Made by a program: the position numbers and the translations under genes
Assembly: GCA_033720315.1 (NCBI GenBank)
Contig: JAWWCT010000012.1
Location: 5,982 to 69,981, forward strand
From: Woeseiaceae bacterium
Lineage (GTDB): Bacteria > Pseudomonadota > Gammaproteobacteria > Steroidobacterales > Woeseiaceae
Length of the DNA stretch: 64,000 nucleotides
Reading direction: 5' to 3'
The notes under the pieces: model-generated
The model's database searches: none
Seen by the model: only the letters and a program-made list of their open reading frames with translations
Told to the model about the DNA's origin: nothing
In this document: one piece after another, positions 58,825 through 64,000 of the stretch
Layout: each line of letters opens with the position of its first letter
How positions within the stretch are numbered: the first letter of the stretch is position 1

Positions 58825-59430
58825 ATGGACAAAAGTTACGTTTCCGCCGATGAGCTTCTGCTGGATTCCTTTCAGCTCGCGGTCAATATTTTCGAGTCCG
58901 GCTTTCGTCCTGATTTCCTGGTCGGCCTGTGGCGCGGCGGCAGCGCGGTCGGCATCGCCGTGCAGGAAGGGCTGGAATTTCTCGGCTGCCCGACGGATCA
59001 CATCGCCATCCGCACTTCGTATCGCGGCCAGCAGCAGTACCCGGCAATGATCGACAAGGCGGACTCGATCCGCGCGCACGGCCTGCGCTACCTGCACGAG
59101 CGTGTTTGCCACGAGCATTCCATGCTCATCGTCGACGACGTCTACAGCACCGGCTCCAGCGTCAATGCCGTCATCAAGGCGCTCGCGAAAAAATCCCGCC
59201 GCAACCTCCCGCACGACATCCGCATCGCCACCGTCTGGTACCGTCCGGGCGAAAAGACCATCCGCGCACCGGATTACCACGTCAGGGAAACGGCGGATTG
59301 GCTAATCCTTCCCTACGAGCTTAGCGGCCTTACCCTGGACGACCTGCGCGACCATAAAGTCGAGGTGAAACCGGTCATCGATCGACTGGCCGCGCTGGTC
59401 GAGGCGCGCAGGAATAAACCCGCAGCGTAA
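58825..59430 (+). CDS. Gpt-like purine phosphoribosyltransferase, paralogue 2
   Basis: MLIVDDVYSTGSS, VGLWRGGSAVG and WLILPYE. It is collinear with 58173..58736 along its whole length. Confidence 0.8.
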   Translation: MDKSYVSADELLLDSFQLAVNIFESGFRPDFLVGLWRGGSAVGIAVQEGLEFLGCPTDHIAIRTSYRGQQQYPAMIDKADSIRAHGLRYLHERVCHEHSMLIVDDVYSTGSSVNAVIKALAKKSRRNLPHDIRIATVWYRPGEKTIRAPDYHVRETADWLILPYELSGLTLDDLRDHKVEVKPVIDRLAALVEARRNKPAA

Positions 59431-59513
59431 ATTTTCAGGTACTACACGCCAAGACCGCATTCCCCAGGAGAAGCCAGGCGATCAAATAAGACGAATTCTC
59501 TGTCACCGAAAAC

Positions 59514-59585
59514 GTCCGCTTTGCCCACGAAAGCGGCCTGTCGGCTAGACTTGATCCAAAGAACCGCTAACGACCCAAAGCGGAC
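59514..59585. repeat. structured ~72-bp repeat, copy A
   Basis: gtccgctttgcccacgaaagcgg...tcggctagacttgatccaaa...ccgctaacgacccaaagcggac. It forms two internal hairpins and its ends are complementary. Confidence 0.75.
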
Positions 59586-59603
59586 ATTAACGATTTGCGT
59601 GAT

Positions 59604-60233
59604 TCAACCAAGGACGATATTGAATTCTGCAACGACGGTGCCACCATCCGCTACGCGGAACGCACTGGTCAACAACGCCCGCTCATCCCGCGTATGACGC
59701 TTGTAAAGGGTATCTCGCGCATTGCGTTCTGCGTCCTCGGCCACGTAGAGCTGGGTTGTCAGGCGGTCGAAGCCCGGTGCGCTGACGCGATAATGTATGT
59801 GCGGCGTCCGCCCCGTATAAGGCACAGGGCGCAGCGTACGGAAATGGTACGCACCGACGCGATCCGTCACCATCGCGCCGAAACCCTGGAAGCGCGGATC
59901 GGGTTTTCCATCGTCAGCCGGGTGACGGTAGACGCCGCCTTGATCGCATTGCCAGATTTCTACTCTTGCGCCGTCGACAGGCGTTCCGTGCCGATCCACT
60001 ACAGTTCCATAGACATAGGCTGATTGCCCGGGTGATGTTTCATTCATACCGACGACACGTAACAGGTCGTTATCACTGTCACTAGGGATGTCCAAAGGGT
60101 AAAACGGGCCTTCGTTATCCGACGGCGTTACCGGTAGCAATGCGTTCTCGGCAAGCAGACGGTGCCACGGCGAAAATCCTGCGACGACCATCGCGGCGAT
60201 CAAGCGGCGGCGCTGGAATTGACGGAAATTCAT
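59604..60233 (-). CDS. intradiol ring-cleavage dioxygenase-like protein with Tat-like signal
   Basis: RRRLIAAMVV signal. NEGPFYP...DNDL...GRTPHIHYRVS resembles the protocatechuate 3,4-dioxygenase beta-type fold. Confidence 0.7.
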   Translation of the reverse strand: MNFRQFQRRRLIAAMVVAGFSPWHRLLAENALLPVTPSDNEGPFYPLDIPSDSDNDLLRVVGMNETSPGQSAYVYGTVVDRHGTPVDGARVEIWQCDQGGVYRHPADDGKPDPRFQGFGAMVTDRVGAYHFRTLRPVPYTGRTPHIHYRVSAPGFDRLTTQLYVAEDAERNARDTLYKRHTRDERALLTSAFRVADGGTVVAEFNIVLG

Positions 60234-60314
60234 GACGGGCCACCTCTGCAGTCAGTTACGTGGAGTGTAGCAGATCGATGTAATTCAAAATTGTTTGTTT
60301 TGGTTACTACAGTC

Positions 60315-60340
60315 GGCCATTTGTGACCCTAAGCGGCCCC
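60315..60340. repeat. partial copy (3' half) of the same repeat
   Basis: ggccatttgtgaccctaagcggcccc compares with ggcccctaacgacccaaagcggtcc in copy C. Confidence 0.45.
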
Positions 60341-60370
60341 TTAATTTCCCCTGATTTCTCTGATTGGATC

Positions 60371-60416
60371 GTCCGCTTTGCCCACGAAAGTGAACATTCG
60401 GCTAGACTTGAACCAA
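60371..60416. repeat. partial copy (5' half) of the same repeat, copy B
   Basis: It shares cgtccgctttgcccacgaaag (21 nt) and tcggctagacttga (14 nt) exactly with copy A. Confidence 0.75.
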
Positions 60417-60517
60417 TCGTCGTGAGGCTCGATGAGACTTTAATGGTCGAGTTTTTTGAGGAAAATCACTGGATTTCGGAATATCCTGTAAAGCCGCGCG
60501 GCGGGGGATGCAGGTGA

Positions 60518-62278
60518 ATGAAAAAGAAAATATTCCACTTCATCATGATCAAGCCATCGCATTACGATGACGATGGATACGTGATCCAGTTTTTCCGCTC
60601 AGCGATGCCGTCCAACACACTGGCGACCATGTATGGCCTGGCATCCGACTGTCGGCGCCGTAAGGTACTGGGCGAGGACGTCGATATTCGCCTGACCGCC
60701 ATCGACGAAACCAACAAACGAATCAAGGTCAAGAAACTGGTTCGCAAGTTGCGCCGCGACGGCGGGCTCGGTCTGGTCGGGCTGGTCGGAGTGCAGTCGA
60801 ATCAGTTTCCGCGCGCCATGGATCTTGCCCGCCAGTTCCGGGCCGAAAACATCGATGTTTGCATCGGCGGATATCACGTGAGCGGCTGCCTGGCGATGAT
60901 CTCGGGCCTGCCGCCCGAGCTCAAGGCGGCGATCGATGAGGGTGTATCGCTGTTTGCCGGCGAGGCGGAAAATCGACTGGAAACGGTGCTCAGGGATGCC
61001 TACGCCGGCGAACTCAGGCACGTCTACAACTACATGGCCGATTTGCCACCCTTGCAGGACGTGCCCATCCCGATCCTGGACGCCAAGACGGTCAAACGCA
61101 CCGGCGGTGGCCAGTCGAGCTTCGACGCAGGGCGCGGCTGTCCGTTCATGTGCAGCTTCTGCACCATCATCAATGTGCAGGGCCGCAAGTCCCGCTATCG
61201 AAGCGCGGACGACGTGGAGCATATCGTCAGGGAGAATCTCAAGCAGGGCATCCGGCGGTTTTTCATTACCGACGACAACTTTGCCCGCAATCAAAACTGG
61301 GAAGCCATTTTTGATCGGCTTATCGAGTTGCGCCGAAAATTGAACGCGAGCATCAACCTCGTTCTGCAGGTGGACACCATGTGCCATCGCATTCCGAATT
61401 TTATCGAGAAGGCGGCACTGGCCGGCACCAAGCGCGTTTTCATCGGCCTCGAAAACATCAATCCGGACAGTCTCAAGTCGGCTAAAAAAGGCCAGAACCG
61501 GATTACCGAATACCGACAGATGCTGCATGCCTGGCGGGACGTTCGCGTCATCACGACAGCCGGTTACATCCTGGGCTTCCCGAACGATACGCCCGACACC
61601 ATCGTGCGTGACATCGAGATCATCAAACGCGAATTGCCTATAGATATTCTGGAATTCTTCTACCTTACACCGCTACCCGGTTCTGCCGATCACAAGGGGC
61701 TGTATGAAAACGGCGTTCCCCTGGACCCGGACCTCAACAAGTACGACCTCAATCACGTGACCACCGGTCACGACAAGATGAACAAAGAGGAGTGGGAGAA
61801 GGCCTATCGACTAGCCTGGGATACGTTTTTCACCGACGACCACATCGTCACACTGTTGAAACGCGCCCGTGCCAGCGATCTCTCGCTCGGCAAGATCCTC
61901 AGCACCATTACCTGGTTTTACGGCTCCGTGATGTACGAGGACGTCCATCCCCTCGAGTCCGGCGTTATCCGCTACAAGTTCCGCAGAGACCGGCGGCCGG
62001 AATTTCCGATCGTATCGCCGTGGCGGTTTTATCCGCAATACCTCGCGGATCTGGTTTCCAAAACCTCGAAAACGCTTGCCTTGTACATGAAATACGCTCC
62101 CCTGCGACGCCGCCTCGATCTCGACGGCGATGCGGTGGATTACACGGATGTCTCACTCGAACCCGTCAGCGCCGACAGTGAAGATGATCTGGAGATGTTC
62201 AAGGTAACAGAGGCAGCCGGATCCGCGCTGGCGCGTGCCAAGCGTCGCGCCGGTGTTACAGCGGCACAACACCAGTGA
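60518..62278 (+). CDS. cobalamin-binding-domain (class B) radical SAM protein, function unknown
   Basis: The N-terminal Rossmann/B12-like domain reads LVGLVGVQSNQFPRAMDLARQFRAENIDVCIGGYHVSG. The radical SAM cluster motif is GRGCPFMCSFC. There is a C-terminal extension of about 200 aa. Confidence 0.85.
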   Translation: MKKKIFHFIMIKPSHYDDDGYVIQFFRSAMPSNTLATMYGLASDCRRRKVLGEDVDIRLTAIDETNKRIKVKKLVRKLRRDGGLGLVGLVGVQSNQFPRAMDLARQFRAENIDVCIGGYHVSGCLAMISGLPPELKAAIDEGVSLFAGEAENRLETVLRDAYAGELRHVYNYMADLPPLQDVPIPILDAKTVKRTGGGQSSFDAGRGCPFMCSFCTIINVQGRKSRYRSADDVEHIVRENLKQGIRRFFITDDNFARNQNWEAIFDRLIELRRKLNASINLVLQVDTMCHRIPNFIEKAALAGTKRVFIGLENINPDSLKSAKKGQNRITEYRQMLHAWRDVRVITTAGYILGFPNDTPDTIVRDIEIIKRELPIDILEFFYLTPLPGSADHKGLYENGVPLDPDLNKYDLNHVTTGHDKMNKEEWEKAYRLAWDTFFTDDHIVTLLKRARASDLSLGKILSTITWFYGSVMYEDVHPLESGVIRYKFRRDRRPEFPIVSPWRFYPQYLADLVSKTSKTLALYMKYAPLRRRLDLDGDAVDYTDVSLEPVSADSEDDLEMFKVTEAAGSALARAKRRAGVTAAQHQ

Positions 62279-62294
62279 CGCATGGATTCCGCCC

Positions 62295-62723
62295 ATGAAA
62301 ACCGGTCAGAACCGTGATTTTGCAGGTGAACGAACGGAGAACGAATCGACATCGACCTCCGGCGTCCTGTTCGCAGATGACAGGTTTACAGTCACACGTG
62401 AGTTTGTTCGCCACGGCCCTCAAACCTGGCCGGTGAGCACCATCACTAAAGTCACGGACTTCAAAAGACCGTTTGGATTTGTGGAATCGATCGCCATTGG
62501 AACAGCTTTCCTGATTGCACTGATTGCAATCATTCAATTCACGCTGATCTGGATAGTGATAGGTTTGGCAATTGCGGTACTTTGTGCAAAGTACGTTCTC
62601 AATGTATTCAAAAACCAGTACATCGTTTGTATAGAGTTCGATACCGGTGACAAGGAAAAAATACTCCTCTCACAACAGGGCGTCGCCTTTCGACTGAGGA
62701 ATGCCATTCGCGCTGCGCTGTAA
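62295..62723 (+). CDS. small two-TM protein (DUF6232-like architecture)
   Basis: 142 aa. It has a soluble N-terminus (FADDRFTVTREFVRHGPQTWPVSTITKV), a hydrophobic hairpin and then YIVCIEFDTGDKEKILL. It starts 16 nt after the rSAM stop. The family call is tentative. Confidence 0.55.
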   Translation: MKTGQNRDFAGERTENESTSTSGVLFADDRFTVTREFVRHGPQTWPVSTITKVTDFKRPFGFVESIAIGTAFLIALIAIIQFTLIWIVIGLAIAVLCAKYVLNVFKNQYIVCIEFDTGDKEKILLSQQGVAFRLRNAIRAAL

Positions 62724-62781
62724 AAACCAAAACTGAAGTTGTCGATTTTGCCAATTGCGTTCAAATTGGGAGCAGAACCAA

Positions 62782-63249
62782 GTGTCACGACTCAAACTGG
62801 CTGAGCTTGCCCAATTAGCTGAGATCGTTGCCGCGATTGCCGTGGTGGTTTCGCTGATTTACGTAGGCACGGAAGTTCAGGGCAACACTGCCGCTATCCG
62901 CGGAGCTGCGATGCAGGCCATCGCCACGACTGATGCAGACGCTTTGATGACGGTAGCAGCAGACGCTGAGCTGTCCGATATTGTACGGCTCGGGGATCAG
63001 GACCCATCGCAGCTTACGGCAGCCGATGCCTATCGCTATAAGCTATTCATGCGCCAGTTTTGGCTCAGTTTTCAGAATATTTTTCAACAGAGCGAACTTG
63101 GGCTGATCGAAACATCGGTGTGGCAAAGTTATCTGACTGTTATCTGCGGGAGATACGCTATGCCAGGGCCCCGGCAAACATGGTCTGAACATGTAGAAAT
63201 ATTGGATACCGCATTTGTCGCCGTTATCAGGAAATGCGAAAACCGGTAG
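62782..63249 (+). CDS. membrane-anchored hypothetical protein, tandem paralogue A
   Basis: GTG 62782 has GGGAG 9 nt upstream, and its N-terminus LAELAQLAEIVAAIAVVVSLIY aligns with the paralogue. The track ORF starts at TTG 62755. Confidence 0.5.
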   Translation: MSRLKLAELAQLAEIVAAIAVVVSLIYVGTEVQGNTAAIRGAAMQAIATTDADALMTVAADAELSDIVRLGDQDPSQLTAADAYRYKLFMRQFWLSFQNIFQQSELGLIETSVWQSYLTVICGRYAMPGPRQTWSEHVEILDTAFVAVIRKCENR

Positions 63250-63317
63250 CACCTCGTTAGTGAGCACTGTGCTCGAAAACCGCTGTCGATATTCGCTAGT
63301 TTGACTAGATAAGACCT

Positions 63318-63389
63318 TCCGCTTTGCACTCATTAGCGGACATTCCGCTAAACTTGATCCAAATGGCCCCTAACGACCCAAAGCGGTCC
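63318..63389. repeat. structured ~72-bp repeat, copy C
   Basis: tccgctttgcactcattagcgga...acttgatccaaa...ctaacgacccaaagcgg. It has 17-nt and 12-nt exact matches to copy A. Confidence 0.7.
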
Positions 63390-63421
63390 TCTGTTCAAAA
63401 TCCATAAAAACACGAGAATAA

Positions 63422-63916
63422 ATGTTAACCCGACAAGAGAAGCTCGCAATGGTCGCCAGCCTAGCGGAGATCGTCGCTGCCGTCGGCGTGATGATTTCGA
63501 TCATTTATCTGGCGATTCAGGTAAGCCAAAGCAATACAGAGGCACAACTACAGACACATAATGACACTTTGGCTCTCATGCATTCGCCAATTGAGCAGTT
63601 TCTCGCGCAGCCCGACCTGGCTGAGATCGTCCGCACCGGCGGAATATCCCCCGACGAGCTTTCTGAAGCAGATTGGTTCAGGTTCGGCTACTACTACTTA
63701 ATGCAGTTCAATATGTACGATTTCTTGTATTTCGCATACCTCGACGGGACGGCTGTTTCTCAGCTTTGGATTGGAACAGATAACTCCTGGAGACATATCT
63801 TTCGAAACGAGCCTGGCGTTCGCCGAGCTTGGCGAGAGTGGCGCCATGCTTTTGCTGATCCGTTTCAGAGTTACGTCGACACCGTCGTGGCAGAATCCGA
63901 AAAATCAGCAAGGTAG
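63422..63916 (+). CDS. membrane-anchored hypothetical protein, tandem paralogue B
   Basis: 164 aa. KLAMVASLAEIVAAVGVMISIIY matches the single N-terminal TM helix and the length of 62782..63249. Confidence 0.5.
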   Translation: MLTRQEKLAMVASLAEIVAAVGVMISIIYLAIQVSQSNTEAQLQTHNDTLALMHSPIEQFLAQPDLAEIVRTGGISPDELSEADWFRFGYYYLMQFNMYDFLYFAYLDGTAVSQLWIGTDNSWRHIFRNEPGVRRAWREWRHAFADPFQSYVDTVVAESEKSAR

Positions 63917-64000
63917 TATCGGACTGAGTTCTTCTGGCCGCTCTTGGGTGTGGAATCAACTGATCGACGCAATACATTCGGCGAGATTCGAAGATCAGGC

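Noticed and set aside
60323-60517. Full 64-aa ORF (GTG start) upstream of the radical SAM gene.
   Set aside because: Its first two thirds translate repeat copy B (…VRFAHESEHSARLEP…), so they are most likely non-coding. Only the last 24 codons, which start at an ATG outside the repeat, were kept as a low-confidence hypothesis.
59514-63389. Integron cassette array with attC sites as an explanation for the repeats separating small ORFs.
   Set aside because: No GTTRRRY/RYYYAAC core pairs were found at the repeat ends and no intI is present in the window. One copy lies between convergent genes, which does not fit a cassette array.
1-64000. Search by eye for tRNA (T-loop GTTCGAATC-like motifs with acceptor stems), rRNA, CRISPR repeat-spacer periodicity and transposase or integrase ORFs.
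   Set aside because: None was found. The intergenic spacers are short, and the only periodic repeats are the two 54-bp terminator units and the ~72-bp structured repeats described above.

Overview
This is a 64-kb chromosomal segment. Hand-counted 120-nt samples of housekeeping genes give about 60-65% G+C. The gene content reads like an environmental gammaproteobacterium, which is an inference from the five-step Pseudomonas-type hut pathway, a MoxR/Bat operon, an NAD-linked FdsGBA formate dehydrogenase, SorAB-like sulfite dehydrogenase and HiPIP. I can support 62 protein-coding genes, one of them truncated at the left edge, tightly packed on both strands. I can also support intrinsic terminators, REP-like palindromes, two operator-like sites, a G11 tract and a local family of structured ~70-bp repeats. 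I recognised no rRNA, tRNA, CRISPR array, transposase or integrase by eye. The main modules are:
- Envelope and protease housekeeping genes plus lipA (5-10 kb).
- MoxR-DUF58-DUF4381-BatA-BatB/C-BatD (14.9-21.8 kb).
- A persulfide-dioxygenase-like MBL / DUF962 / HiPIP trio (24.5-26 kb).
- fdhD-fdsGBA (28-33.7 kb).
- hutFCUHG translationally chained into sorAB-like genes, with divergent hutI (38.4-47.5 kb).
- LOG plus two head-to-head Gpt-like phosphoribosyltransferases (57.6-59.4 kb).

The most unusual items are:
- An intact, orphan phage-tail-sheath homologue with no other contractile-tail genes in the window (2448-4007).
- At the right end, a repeat-bracketed and partly AT-shifted accessory patch. 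It holds a cobalamin-type radical SAM enzyme, an abutting 24-codon ORF, a small two-TM protein and tandem paralogous membrane-anchored proteins (60.4-63.9 kb).

All functional calls come from motif and family recognition in the supplied translations. No database search was possible.
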